A DNA stretch of 64,000 bases from Octopus vulgaris. Lineage: Eukaryota. Made by a program: the position numbers and the translations under genes. The notes beneath the pieces are model-generated. The model was not told the DNA's origin, searched no databases, and worked only from the letters and a program-made list of their open reading frames with translations. Location of the stretch: NCBI GenBank assembly GCA_951406725.2, contig OX597830.1, positions 38,254,001 through 38,318,000 on the forward strand, written 5' to 3'. Below, piece after piece: positions 29,096 to 44,039 of this stretch. Position 1 is the first letter of the stretch, and each line of letters starts with the position of its first letter.

Positions 29096-29906
29096 ATTCT
29101 CTATATATTCTTCAATGTACATAGGAAACTAAAGTTTATTACGATCATTGACTTCTAAATTTCCATAATTTCTCAGGTTTCTTATACTTGATTGAATGGG
29201 CTGCCGATTTTATTGCATGATCCTGGAATGATCCTGTAGGGAGCATCGATCATTTAGTAATATATTTTATGGATATTTAAAAATTGAGACATTTAATTCC
29301 AATTTTCTTTCAACAAATATTATTAGTACTTACATCTTAGTAGTTATAGCCAATACAACGTTAAGTATAACACATAAGGTACATAGACAGTATATTGCAT
29401 ATTTTCAAATTGTTCATACTTATAGAATGGACAACGTCGTTATGCAGCAAACAGATATTACAAGTGACCGCAGTTTTGACATTTAAAATTTATTACAAAT
29501 CTCCAGTCTATTAAACCGTTTTTCAACACGTAACCAATTCATATCTCTATAATATAGTTTGAATAATGAATGCAGTATACAAATTTAAATGGTTAGCATG
29601 AATGCTACATTCAGAGGCATGATCATTTCTCGTCAGTTGACCGCGCAATTATAACCAAGAAGTGTGGAGAAAATGAAAATATGAAAATTATGAAAAATAG
29701 TTTGAATTTATAACGTAATCATTTATATGGAATTAGATTCTGCGTTTATGTGTGTAAGTGTATGAACATTGATTATAAACAAGCGGATAATGGAGCCAAT
29801 GCTGAATTGAGAGGTTGCTGCAGTATATATGATCACATCTACAAAGGCCTCTCAGGGCTCCTAATTTATTTAAGATCTCACTCTAGGAAACACACACACA
29901 CACACG

Positions 29907-29945
<39 letters not shown>

Positions 29946-31390
29946 ATACACACGCACAAACACACACAAACGCATACGCATACAGAGCTATAGACACACT
30001 CTCTCACGTAGAAACACGTTTGAGATAGCATCTTAATAATAGGCAACAACATCGATTTTTCCGAAAAGATTTGATAGCTGGTTGAATCCAGGACTTATGA
30101 ACTTAACTGGAACAAGATAACTACTATGGTGTTGGTCATTTAAATAAATGCTACTAGGCAAAAACATCATCGAGATATGTGAACATCATGTTGATTACTT
30201 GATATGCTAAACATAACGCACATTGAACCTCGGAAGTTGTGACTGAAAATGTTCTGAAATATTTAAAAAGAGAAGGAGCCGTAGGATTTTTAACTAGATG
30301 TTAACTCATAATGAGGCAATAATTGCACGTAAGAAAGTAGAAAAATGAAGAATTAATAAGCGTAAAATTATGGATTCAATAAACTTAATTGCATATTCCA
30401 ATCATTTGGACATAATATAAGTGATTTGGATGTTTATACTTTGAATCGCATGTGACGTAAAGTTGCAAGTATATGTTGTTATCATTTGACTATATTATTA
30501 TGTATGCATCGGTCGTGAAGAAATATTTTGCAATCAAATCATTAGAATCAGGTTAGAAGGTGTCAACGCACGCTTTTGACTTGTGAGATATCTTGACCTG
30601 ACGAAAGAAACTTGACAACAATCAACAGTAATTATAAATGGCGAAAGATAAAGAAATAATTTTAACAATATCCAATATATTTTCCACAACATCCAATGAA
30701 TGTCATTTTGATGCCAGAGTTCCAATTAAATGTGCATAGAAAACTAATTCAAATAACGAGTTAATTAGTTGTCACAACTCAGATGCAGTCAATATTTCAT
30801 TAATTAAACGTATTTTGCCTGCGAAATCAAATATAATTCCCGCGTATTTATACAAAGAGTTGATTAAAATAATATATAAAAAAAGATTCAAGCTTCCAAT
30901 AACGGTTCCCAAACTCCCTCAAGCATTTTCAGCAGGAAGTATGTTTTGGGTTAATCGAGAGATTGAGGAAGTTTCCATCTACGGTTGAAATACTTATATT
31001 TTCATAACAATTTATGCATTTATCAGTGCGCATGATCTGGTAATTTATTAACGAACTGATAACGAATAAATCAATTCGCATCAGAATTTGTCACCAGAAT
31101 TTAAAGAGCCTTGATATACTGACTTTCTTACGCATTACTCATTTTCATTGAACAAGCTAATACACATTACTGGTACTTAACTCACAGTATATCGGTATGG
31201 AGTATTTCTTGCTTCATGGAATAACTTGATCGCAATAAATAAAGCTACTTTTCTTTTTTGGAATGTGTATGAAGAGCTATGTTCAGAATCATATGCATAT
31301 AATAGTAAAACATTCTAATATTTCTGTAACTTATACATAACTTACTAATAGTTTTAATAGCGTGTGTAGAATTTGAATAAATATAGCTTT

Positions 31391-31888
<498 letters not shown>

Positions 31889-31899
31889 TAAAAATGCAG

Positions 31900-33200
31900 G
31901 TGTAACTTTGTACTTGAACTATCAGGAACAAATTGGCTGAAATAATTTGTTAGTGTTGTCAAATGAAAAAAAAAACTATTTTCATCAAGCTTTTCGCGCA
32001 ATTCATGTCGACTACCCACAATAAGAAGCAGACAAAAGTTTTCAAATATCGCAATCTTTCTAATATTGACCTTTGTGGTCAAAGTTTCTAGTTTTGTCAT
32101 AAAAACGTCTAAGGAGTCAATGAATGTTGTGTCTACTCCATTTATGTATCTGAAAACCACAGATTCTTCAGCTGCACCACTGTGTCAACAAAACATTAGG
32201 TCAAATAAATATTCTATGATCCCTTAAACTGCAGAATATATTTTGAGATCCTTTGAGTGGAAATTCGCTCTCTTTAAAAATATTGTAAATATATGTATGT
32301 GAAAGGGTGTCTGATGCAAATGTCTCGATCTGAAAGTTGTTAGTCTGACACATGATACAATTTGCATTGTTTATCAAAACACGTCACACTGGCCTGGAAG
32401 TGATTTCGAGAATATTGCCCAATTTGTCATATCAAGGAAGTTACGCCTTTCAGGTGAGGATCTGACTTTTGAATCGTGCGATTAATCTACTTTTCTCTAA
32501 ACTGAATAATGCAGCAACTGCACTGCATCTGTATACAATTCATAGATGCTATGTTCTGATTCTATGAAGGATTAAACATTTTACACATCGTCTTAAATAT
32601 TGTAACTGTTTCAAAGGGGCGAAGGAAAGAAAAAACTTTTCAACTAATATAAGAAACTATATTGTGGGAATTGGAGACACATGGCCTAGTGGTTAGAGGG
32701 GCGGACTCGCAGCCGAGGGGCCGCAGGTTCGAATCTGAGACCAGGCGATGTGTGTGTTTATGAGCCAAACACCTAAGTTCCACGCGACTCCGACAGAAGG
32801 TAATGGTGAATTTCTGCTGAACTTTTCACCACAACTTTCTCTCACTCTTTCCTCACGCATCTAGCAGCTCACCTGTGAGGGACCGGTATCCCAATGATAG
32901 TGGGAAACCGGCTGTTATGAAGCAGGCATGGCTGCAGAAGGAACAAACAACAACAACATATTGTGGAAAAGTCTACAAATGACAACACCATGCTTAAAAA
33001 AAAGTTTAAAAATAAAAATAAAAATAAAAATTTTTTAAAAAATGTAGCAAATAATTGTAGCAAAGCATGATTCCCGGAGCCAATTTGCTATATCAGTGAT
33101 CCTCTTCTCACACGTACAGTTTAATATTGAAAATGAAGAAATATTTTGGTTAGATCCACTAGAGAACACGATGCAGTAAAAGTTTGTTCAATCATCTTCA
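31900..33200 (-). mobile_element. hAT (Charlie/Buster, ZBED5-like) transposase fossil split by a SINE
   Basis: Reverse translations in order: ITDIANW (cf. STDVxN), FFFPSPL/ETVT (cf. FLFCxPLETTT), LYTDA, PHLKG, SKSLP...QIVSCVR...SRHL (cf. ASKTLP...KIVNYIK...SRLF), GVDTTFIDSLDVFMTKLE...KVN...IAIFEN...HLTTLTNYFSQFVP. Confidence 0.65.
32673..32960 (+). mobile_element. SINE family C variant (tRNA-Arg-like head) with a (CAA)n tail
   Basis: atggcctagtggttagaggggcggactcgcagccg...ggttcgaatc. Body shared with 37549-37735 but with a different 3' end (gcagaaggaacaaacaacaac). Confidence 0.8.
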
Positions 33201-33769
33201 TTTCCTTTCCTTTCCTTCCGTATTTAGTCATAGAACTTCAATAATCTTATGCTTAATCACATGGATTTTCCTTGTGGTATCCGTTTAGCTCATGCTCCCC
33301 AAAAGTTTCATTTTTTTTTTTTTGCTTTGTTTAGATCAATATTTAGCAAACGCTTATTAGTCTTTAATTCACTTGCATAATCATCTGACATAGCTTTGCG
33401 ACAGATTGCACACTGAAATATTTCTTTTCCTTTGACAATGGAGATTGATATGTTCGAAGTGAAATATATGAATCATTGAATCAACTATTTGACACTGAAC
33501 ATGGAGTGAATAGCAAAAGAAACATAAATCAAATATAGCAACAAGTCGCGTATTTCTGCAGATGAAAATATTCATCATTATTTTCAAGTTAATTTATTAC
33601 TTTCAACAGCGTTTAGAAAATGACGCATTAAATTAAGAACAGACTATGAAAATTACATCACATATTGGATATTAGTAACAATTCTTCATTCAAAACGAAT
33701 GATTCCCCAAACGGGAAGACATCCCACGCTGTTACGTATACGTGTAACAAATGGTGCACGTATGGACGT

Positions 33770-34007
33770 AAAAAAAGCAGCAGTATTTGAGCCATTCGTT
33801 CCTTGGTGTCGTGCTTAAGCACCTGCATGTTAATGGATTTGATGATTTGACGTTTGGCATTTTGTAATTTGATGATTGTAAGGCCAGATGAGAAGATATG
33901 TGTAAGATTTCTTAGGCCCAGAGTCGATGACTTTCGAGATTCGTCGTATGCATATTTGCATATTTACTTTTAACAACCATTTCGTATTCATGGCATCTCG
34001 AAGGACA

Positions 34008-34049
<42 letters not shown>

Positions 34050-35560
34050 TACAATATATATATATATATATATTCATACATACATATATACATATATACA
34101 TACACACATATATACATATACACATATATTTATATATGTATCTATATAGGCATATATATTTATATATATGTATATATACATATGTACTCACACTTGTATA
34201 TATGCATATATAGATATACGTGCATATATATATATATATCTGTGTACGTGTGTGTGTATGTATGTGTCTGTGTGTTTGAATGTGTGCGTATGTGCCTGTA
34301 TATAGAACGCACACGCAGACTCATGTATATATATATGTATGTATCAATATATATGTATGTATCAATGCAAATATACACGAAATCAAATTAAATTAAACAT
34401 GGTCATTGTTGACCTCTCATCACAGGAACATTTAGAAAATTCTTTTGTGCAGGAAGATCATTCACGGCAATCACTCAAAAACTAATAACAAGCAATTCAA
34501 TTAACTATTTTACAATACTCATCTGTAATTAATCAAATATCTACATTACATTAAATAAAACTATAGAATCGAGAACAATTTCAGTGATACGGATAATACA
34601 TAGGATATTTTAGAAACACGTTTAATATTTAAACGTTAATTAATATCTCTTCTGTTAATGTCATTAACATCAAAGGAAGAGTTTCAGGTGTTTTCTGTTG
34701 GGTAAATATTCAGTGAAATGAACCAAAGATAGTATTTTGATAACTAATTGGAACAACATCAATAAAGCCTTTGTTTGTCATTGATATATGTTATCAATAG
34801 ATGCAACTCAAGTTCGTCTGCAAAAGCTTCGTATTTAGTCGTATCTTTATTCCTGAGATCAAGTAGCACAGAAATCACCACCGGTTTCAATAGTACATGG
34901 TCGATAAATGTATTGGAAGGGCATTAACAGAAGCAATCATTATCGAATGTATCCCCTCGAAAGTAAATGTTTCATAACCTACTGAATCGATACATTATAT
35001 TCTCCAGTCACAAGTAGATATTAATATATCTATCTAAATGTGTAGCCCATTGGTCGAATTATTCTTAGGGCAAATTTTGTTTATTGTTTCACCGTACTTC
35101 CTTTGGTCCGAGACGCGTGGATTATATATTGTCTCCATTACATAACATTCAACATCAAACTTATCTCAGCACTTGATGTAGTTACAGTTTACTGCTGTTT
35201 AGAACTAATTATGAGTCATACTACTATTTGGTATTTACATTCATCTGTGTTAATGGACACGTAATTGCCTAACTATTTCGGGCTTTGTTCACTTACAACC
35301 TACATAAATTTCTGTTGCCTGCGGCATTTTATTCGGATAGTCTTACGCATTTCGTTATTAGTTATGTATGATACGAAGCAAAATTACAGGACGCCGACTT
35401 GAAAAACATTGATGCGCTAGACCAGCAGTTATGTATTAAGAATTAATAATATTAGGGATTGTGGTACGGAGAATAATAGTCTGCCCTTCAGTACAACGAC
35501 AGATGTGGAGATTGCTTCGCTTCAGTTGGATTTCATCAGCGGGGCATTTTTATTTTGTTT
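33770..35560 (-). pseudogene. Decayed C-type lectin-like exons
   Basis: 35540-35290: KSN*SEAISHICR ... KCRRQQKFM* then gtaagt donor. 35180-34860: KFDVECYVM ... KICPKNNS ... ETGGDFCAT. 33830-33780: RCLSTTPRNEWLKYC. Confidence 0.42.
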
Positions 35561-35829
35561 ATACAAAATCAATGAAGACCAAAAATATATATGCGTATGC
35601 AAAGAGGCACATTACAAAATAAAACGATTACCCAAGGATATCATGCACTTATAAAATAGAGTAAATACTGAATATTGAGACCATATATAGAGATGATATA
35701 AAGATGATATAAACTGCTTTTCTCACATCTAAATAAATTCCTAGATGATAATAAAAGATTTAATTTTTTTTTAATTATCTGTTATTTACAATTTGAAAAT
35801 ATTAATGAAAAGGCTGGGAATTGGACTGA

Positions 35830-36345
35830 ATTTTGTAGATCCAGAGACAAGAATAGATATTCTCCTCAACTATTTTCATCCTTTAGGTGTTAGACGTTAT
35901 CACTAGTGGCGATTAAAATCTTAACTCTCTTCGTCATTCGGCACATAGGCAGTGTGAATATAAACCACTGCGTTGTGTCCTGCTATGACACATAAATTTG
36001 TTTACAAATATGAGATATAACTTTTTACAATATTCTACACTTAACAGCATTGCTGTCCACTGAAGGTGAAACAGCTTAAAGGAGACTGATACTTAGGTTC
36101 CATTAATAATTATGAGAATGAATAATATTGGTTGTATTATAGCTATATAATACGGTTTGAAAATCAAATGCGTATCGATAAGTAACTGAAGAACCAGGAT
36201 TATAGATTTTAAACTTCCTTGGAACCATGGCTGGTATTTGATATATCAACTGTACGGTTGTTGCGCGAACCTGCTTAATTATTCCTGAATATGACTTAGT
36301 CTCATCGCTGCTTTGGCTTCCATCGAGCATGAAATTTTGAAATCT
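35830..36345 (-). pseudogene. Decayed von Willebrand factor A (VWA)-like domain
   Basis: FMLDGSQS (MIDAS DxSxS) at the start of ORF 36103-36330, then in shifted frames INGT, KRVKILIATSD (cf. KVLIVITDG) and RRISILVSG (cf. GITIFAVG), in the expected order. Confidence 0.5.
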
Positions 36346-37462
36346 GTTCTTTCAATGCAAAATAAATTTATTAGCCAAACTGGTGAGGAGAGTGGCTGAA
36401 TGCATATGTTGAATTGAAATAAGCAAATATTTACACAAAATTAATAGATAATAAATTGTGTTGTCAAATCAATCTTTCATTTTAGCCAAAGCACAAAATA
36501 AATTAAACGAAAAAAGAAGCCATTGATGAAAATAATGCTTACTCAGAACATTAGTAACATAAATGAAAGCAAATATCTTCTCAGCCCTGGGATTGTTTAC
36601 ATTATTTCCGCGAAGATTACACACATTTATTCATATATAATGCAGAAAAATTGATGAGTCAATTTATGTACTTTTCAATCGATATGTCATTAATAATATC
36701 TAGTTACATTAATAATATCTATAAGTTTCTTATAAAGTTTTATTAATTAAAAATCGAATCTGAATGCAGACTTTATAGAAGTTGGTTGCTAAATTAAATT
36801 TGCATACATGCGCACATATATAAATGCATAGAAGAGTAAATATATTGACACACACACATGTATATGTATGAGTGCATATATGTATGTGAGCGTATGTATG
36901 TGTGATCGTATGACTTGATCTTTAGTCATAAAATCATTTTACTGTTTTTATTCCCAACATTTGTTTCCTGAATCTTCCTACATAAATTTGCATTCATTTC
37001 AAAAGTATATTTACCAATAGATGCAGGAATGCAACTTTATTCTATTACATTATCGGCTGATGTTCCTCTTACCAGCTGCAATAATATGTACGCAATACAT
37101 TTCCTCGGGAATAAGTATCTTAAAATGACGTAAATTTTCAAATATATTTTCTTTTATCAGATGTTTCTGTTTCCTTTTATAATCATTATATTTTACTTCA
37201 ATCTGCTGTAAATTGCTTCAAAGCAATTACCAAAGCATATTACATGGATATATAGAATTAGACCACAATTCCAAATTTTGTATTATATTCGCTTCCTATC
37301 TTAAAGGTATTTGTGTGCTTTATTAGTTGATGCACACCACCTTATTAAGGATTGCGAAACACACCTGAAATAGACACGGTTAACGTGTCTCCTTCAGTAA
37401 CATTAATTTTATGTGTATTATGAAAGAAATTCCAGGATAGTTGACGTTTTGTCCAGCAATGG

Positions 37463-37548
<86 letters not shown>

Positions 37549-37549
<1 letters not shown>

Positions 37550-37857
37550 GAGGTGCAATGGCGGTCTAGTGGTTAGGGCAGCGGACTCGCGGTCGTAGGA
37601 TCGCGGTTTCGATTACCAGACCGGGCGTTGTGAGTGTTTATTGACCGAAAACACCTAAAGCTCCACGAGGCTTCGGCAGGGGGTGTTGGCGATCCCTGCT
37701 GTACTCTTTCGCCACAACTTTCTCTCACTCTTTCTTCTGTTGTCCCGGTTGCTTAGCCAGCGGGTTGGCGTCATTTGAAGGCTAAAACAATGCGAAGCGC
37801 ATTGTGACCAGCGATGTGTAACAACATCTGATGGCCTGGTCGGTCACGGTGACGGTG

Positions 37858-37860
<3 letters not shown>
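37549..37860 (+). mobile_element. SINE family C, full length (tRNA-Arg(TCG)-like head), inserted in (TA)/(TG)n
   Basis: ggaggtgcaatggcggtctagtggttagggcagcggacTCGcggtcgtaggatcgcggtttcgatt... ending cacggtgacggtgata. May correspond to the described octopus Arg-tRNA-derived (OR) SINEs; not verified. Confidence 0.85.
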
Positions 37861-37918
<58 letters not shown>

Positions 37919-38232
37919 CATATATATGTGCGTGTAAATATGTATATGTATGCATATGTATATATACAGTAATACTTCACTTTACGAGATCCTGGGTTTA
38001 CGCGTTCTTTTTTTATAATAAATATAAACTAAATATAAGCAGGTTATATAGCCATGTTGTGTGTGAAGCAACGATGCAACATGTAACAACGCTGGTTCTG
38101 ATACATCTATGCTGCAACAGAGTAAAATAACGACATAAAATTTCATTGTTATTATGGGAAATCATTGCTCTGCTTTAAGCGTTTTCGCTTTACGAACGAG
38201 AAGAAAATAACTCGTATATCGAGGTGTTACTG

Positions 38233-38264
<32 letters not shown>

Positions 38265-38276
38265 TAGATAGATATG

Positions 38277-38315
<39 letters not shown>

Positions 38316-38349
38316 ATATCTATTTATTATCTATCTATCTATCTATCTA

Positions 38350-38427
<78 letters not shown>

Positions 38428-39421
38428 CAAAGATATACTACGTTTTGGGGAAAATTCAACTGTATTATGTCAGTTTAATTTCTAATTTAGTTCTATTCGT
38501 CACTAAGATACTTTTATATGTCGTTAGAGAGGGCGTAGTAATTACTGCATTGGAATTTTATCAAAACCAATGATGATGAGTAACAGATATGGCGGTGCAC
38601 CTTCATAAATGAATATGTTTACGAAGATATTGTACATGTGGTTTATGAAAACTGAATGAAGGAAAAGCTTGGGAAATAGAAACTTTCGTTGGGAAAACGC
38701 TTTTTTCTTTTTCCCTGTAGCAATACAGGCAATATAAATCTATAAAGGAAAATATATTCATTTCGTTGGCAATCTAGCTAATTATCTTCAATTTCTTAGG
38801 AAGAGTAACATCATAATATGTATGTTTATGCCATCTTTGATAATATGTTTTGCAGCGCATTACCATAAAAGAGCCACATAAAAATCAAGTACGAAACGTG
38901 AATGAAATGGAATGCATATCTAGATTAAAACAACAAGAGAAAGAGAGCTTCTAGCAGTAAAACATTCCAACATCAAAGGAAAATGCTACGACGTGTTGAA
39001 AATATTTCTCTTTTGATGATATTCTGTCAAGCTATTACATGATATCATTTGTACGAAAAGAAACAAAACGGCATTTGGACGTTCTAGTTCATGTTGAGTA
39101 TATGAGATTAACGTTAAAAAAATGAACAAGAATCACTCAATCAGTCCAAATGTTATTACTTTTCACATCTAGATGGAAATTATATTAATCCATTTGAATA
39201 ACTAATGTTCTTACTAAAGTTATCAAACCAAGTCTTTGAAAGGAAATCTTCCGCTTCAGTATTTTTTTACTTTGAGCTTAGTCAGGAGAAAGTAAAACAT
39301 GTTGTAAGGTGAGTTGTTGACCTACTTTTGTGTCCCAAGTTATACAACGTGATCATTAGTGTTTCACTGCACTTAAACCATAAATTTATAACAAATCCGG
39401 TGAAATCACATCAATGGAATG

Positions 39422-39473
<52 letters not shown>

Positions 39474-39612
39474 TTTAACCGATAAAAATTTCTACTTTTA
39501 CCTGTTCTCTAGAAAATATTTTCCCCTCTCATGGTCACAACCATATTTCTCGTACGTTTCTCCCGTATTTCGTACATATTTATTTACATATGTAGCTATA
39601 ATATATACCTAC

Positions 39613-39979
<367 letters not shown>

Positions 39980-39983
39980 CATA

Positions 39984-40014
<31 letters not shown>

Positions 40015-40632
40015 GTGAATATGTAAATATCGAACAGTGAGAAGGAGTGTTCAGCATTGCATTGGTGGATTATTTATTTCTGTATTAAAGCTAACTATTA
40101 TTGGCCTCAACTTAAGGGATGTATTGATATCCAGTTATGATCATGAATGTCTATGAGAAAATTTCTCAAAGAATCCGAGTCGCGGCTATACTAAGAATAC
40201 TAAGAATAAAGCAGGTAGTGTAATATTTCTGCATACATTTACACGTCATGCAGTGCATGCTTTCTAATAGATTCGTTATGCCTATAGGTTTTCATAAAAT
40301 ATATGTAAACGTTTCATTTATGTAACCTAATTTCCTAAGTACTTAAACAAGTAATTATGGGTTTCGCAATGAGCAATTGCAGTTCAGTTGTGTTCTTCGT
40401 GATGACATAATAGCGTCTATATCATTTAGCTAGTTATAATCAGTTAAATGTCAAACAGGTAGAAGATGGAAAATAGGTGCTCAGTATTTAGACACAGGTG
40501 CACCTGCGTATTTACGGTAGATTAACGGCATGTACAAGTTAATATATATATATATTTAGAGAGAGAGGGAGAGAGAGAGAGGGAGAGAGAGGGAGAGAGA
40601 GAGGGAGAGAGAGAGAAAGACAGAGAGACGAT

Positions 40633-40765
40633 AAGAAAATGGAAGAAAAATAATAAGAATGGCGTCTTTTGCGCTAGGAATCTATTATTTAATTAGCTAA
40701 TTAAATAATGGTCTCCTAGCGCGCAAAAGACACCCTTCCTATTGTTATTTTTCCTCCATTTTTTC
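40633..40765. repeat. Imperfect long hairpin centred on taattagctaatta
   Basis: aaaatggaagaaaaataataag..gtcttttgcgctagga..attatttaattag pairs with ctaattaaataat..tcctagcgcgcaaaagac..ttatttttcctccatttt. Confidence 0.8.
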
Positions 40766-40924
40766 TCCTTTATATAAATTAAACTACAGTTTACTAGCTA
40801 AATTACCTACTACCGTATACTTCTTACCAAGGACTATACCTGCTGAGGTAATTTCCAGGAGTGCCTTTGGATACATCAAACCCTTAGAGGCTATAAACAC
40901 CTCTAACTTATACCTATATATATA

Positions 40925-40976
<52 letters not shown>

Positions 40977-41053
40977 GGTCCCGGGTTGAGTCGGGGTTAA
41001 CCACAGTAAATAAGGTACTCAATACATAGCAGAGTAAATTAATTTATTTTATA

Positions 41054-41169
41054 GAAGGAGCTTCTACAGGACTAGAACTGTTTCATTCAAAAGAAATCAT
41101 CAGGAAGCTCCTGAGCTTCCTGATGATTTCTTTTGAATGAAACAGTTCTAGTCCTGTAGAAGCTCCTTC
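41054..41169. repeat. Perfect palindrome, 57-bp arms with a 2-nt spacer (inverted Penelope-type pLTR ends)
   Basis: 41054-41110 is the exact reverse complement of 41113-41169. Flanked by (TA)n tracts. Confidence 0.95.
41113..41165 (+). ncRNA. Type I hammerhead ribozyme (mirror copy on the minus strand at 41058-41110)
   Basis: gagcttc CTGATGA t ttc tttt gaa t GAA acag ttctagtc ctgt A gaagctc. Stem I 7 bp, stem II 3 bp, stem III 4 bp, GUA cleavage triplet. Confidence 0.8.
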
Positions 41170-41181
41170 ATAAATAAACAA

Positions 41182-41376
<195 letters not shown>

Positions 41377-42037
41377 CACCGTCACCGTGATATACATATA
41401 TATATATGTATATATGTATATCACCGTCACCGTGATATACATATATATACACGTGTGTGTCTATGTGTGCATGTATGTGTAGGTGCGTGCCTGTGTGTTT
41501 GAAGAAAAATATCATCGAATATGTATCTATTGATGTAAATACTGAATTTCCAAATATATATTGATATGTTTCTGAGTGCTCATTGCAGATAAGATTTACG
41601 TAATCCTGAGCAACATTCACGCACGCAGTTCTGAGGCAAGAGAAATATTAAATATTAATTTTGAAAACACAAGACTGCCTTTATATTTACATATAGGATA
41701 AAATTATACACTAAATTTATGTGAACTCAGAATATACAAATAGAGTTTTCAACATGATTTCGTGTGTAGATCTCCATTATAAAACAAATATTATAATCCT
41801 AAATATCGAAGTTAAAGATAAGGAATGCTGTAAAATATAACGCTCAATCGATTTTGACATGTTTATGAAAATGAATATTAGATAAAAGTAGAAACGTTTT
41901 AAGTGTAAACAACTGGGACAATTTTGTACGCACGTATTTTGAGATTAATAATATAATAATATCCTGTGATAAACGATATTTACTGTCCGTGAATAATAAA
42001 GCGTAGATGAATATACTCATTGGAATATACACCTCTC

Positions 42038-42095
<58 letters not shown>

Positions 42096-42369
42096 ATGTC
42101 AGTGTGTGTGTGTGTAAATAAGTAGGACAATGGTAAATATATATTGACAAAGTAATACTGTAATAATACTGTCTTAAATTATCTTTATGGTATTTTCTGT
42201 AATAATGCGTAAACACATACATAACATATATACATACAACCAAATATGTCCTACACTTTCTGAGTACCTGTATCAAACAACGTCGCGCGCGCAGTCACAC
42301 ACATACACATACACACGCGAAGACACAAGCATAGACATATACACGTTGATACCGTGAAAACAAATGGGT

Positions 42370-42538
42370 ATCTTTACTCTTTTACTCTTTTGCTTGTTTC
42401 AGTCATGTGACTGTGGCCATGCTGGAGCACCGCCTGTAGTCGAGCAAATCGAACCCAGGACTTATTCTATCGGGAACGTAAACACACCAGCGTATGTTGT
42501 CAAGCGATGTTGAAGGGACAAATACAGACACACAAACT

Positions 42539-42575
<37 letters not shown>

Positions 42576-42709
42576 GTGCATACACATATACACGACGGTT
42601 TGGTCGGCCCGAGGCTATAGTAGAAGACACCTGCCCAAGGTGTCACACAGTGGGACTGAACTCGGAACCATGTAGTTAGTAAGCAAGCTACTTACCACAC
42701 AGCTACTCC
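42370..42709 (-). mobile_element. SINE family A with internal deletions
   Basis: Tail tactcttttactctttt, gctggagcaccgcc, gaggctatagtagaagacac, head ccacacagctactcc. Confidence 0.88.
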
Positions 42710-43354
42710 ATCATTGTAAAGATATATTTTAAAGCGAGATTACTCTATGTAATACAAAAGTTTAAAACCTTTTAAGAGGGTGGCAAGGGATGAGCATGAA
42801 TTTATGCTATTAGTTCGAAATAACACGGATTGCAATGTACGTGCGTCAGATCGTGTGAGCTGCTTCTTTATCGGAAATAATTCAAAATATATCTAGATTA
42901 AATTCTCAAATTTAATATTCAATGAAAATAAGATATTTCAGAAAAACTATAACACCAATTATTTCGGAAAGAAACATTTTCATGCAATGTATATGTACTA
43001 CGCCACACATGTTCAACATCGATGCATTTTCCCTTCCATCCTCATCTAATCACCTTAACATCTATTAATGAAATCCAACTGACATTTCCATATACTGATG
43101 TTGATTTATATATAAAGAAACAAAATGTTGTTATAGTTATGCAAAATAAATTTGAGAACTGAAATTATTATTCCATCAATATTTTGAAGTAAATTGTTTT
43201 TCTACCGAAAGAAGCAATACTTCAACACGTGTATCTGATATTAATATAATATTTGATATCAAGATGATACTTAGCTGTGAATCTCCTTCCGGATAATTAG
43301 ATTTTTGTTACTGTATTGTTAGTTTTCGAAAACAGAATGTATATTACACGCGTT

Positions 43355-43399
<45 letters not shown>

Positions 43400-43633
43400 G
43401 ATGTAATATAATAAGTATAATATATATCCATATACCTGCGCGTGTGTATATAGGTTTATAAAGGTGTATATATGTTTATGTGTGTACGTATATATGTCTA
43501 TAAAGGTAGATTGATAAAGATTGGTAAATGTAAATACATATAAATTAACTCTTATATGTATAGACATATGAAAATAAATGTATGCATATATATATGTGTG
43601 TGTGTGTGTATTCGTATACACATACCATATATG

Positions 43634-43667
<34 letters not shown>

Positions 43668-44039
43668 CATTTATTTATTTATTTATATAACTTGTTATTA
43701 TAAAAAGCCACGTTTAAAGTGAATAAATATGGAATAATTATTGAAGGAAATATTTTAATTATTTTATTTTAATTTTAGAAACTTCACTGCATGTGAAATG
43801 ATTCCTATTATGAATAAAGCACGCACAAGGAATATACACCGATATCGCTAAAATCATTCTTATTTTTGCGATAGTTCATAAAGTAGCTTCTCATCAGATC
43901 ACACAAACCAAGAATTATCAATAATATAAACATGAGTTCTTAGTAATTATGATATTGTTGCGAAATACATCTCATACACACATACACCAGCATAGCCGCA
44001 GTGAAATGACTAAAACAAATGAAAGAACAAAAGTATCTA

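Noticed and set aside
37074-37119. Small minus-strand AG...GTAAG exon candidate upstream of the VWA relic (possible signal-peptide exon)
   Set aside because: Too short, and no frame gives a convincing signal peptide.
37549-37625. Possible tRNA-Arg(TCG) gene
   Set aside because: No proper acceptor stem, and it continues into a body shared with 32673-32960, so it is a SINE head.
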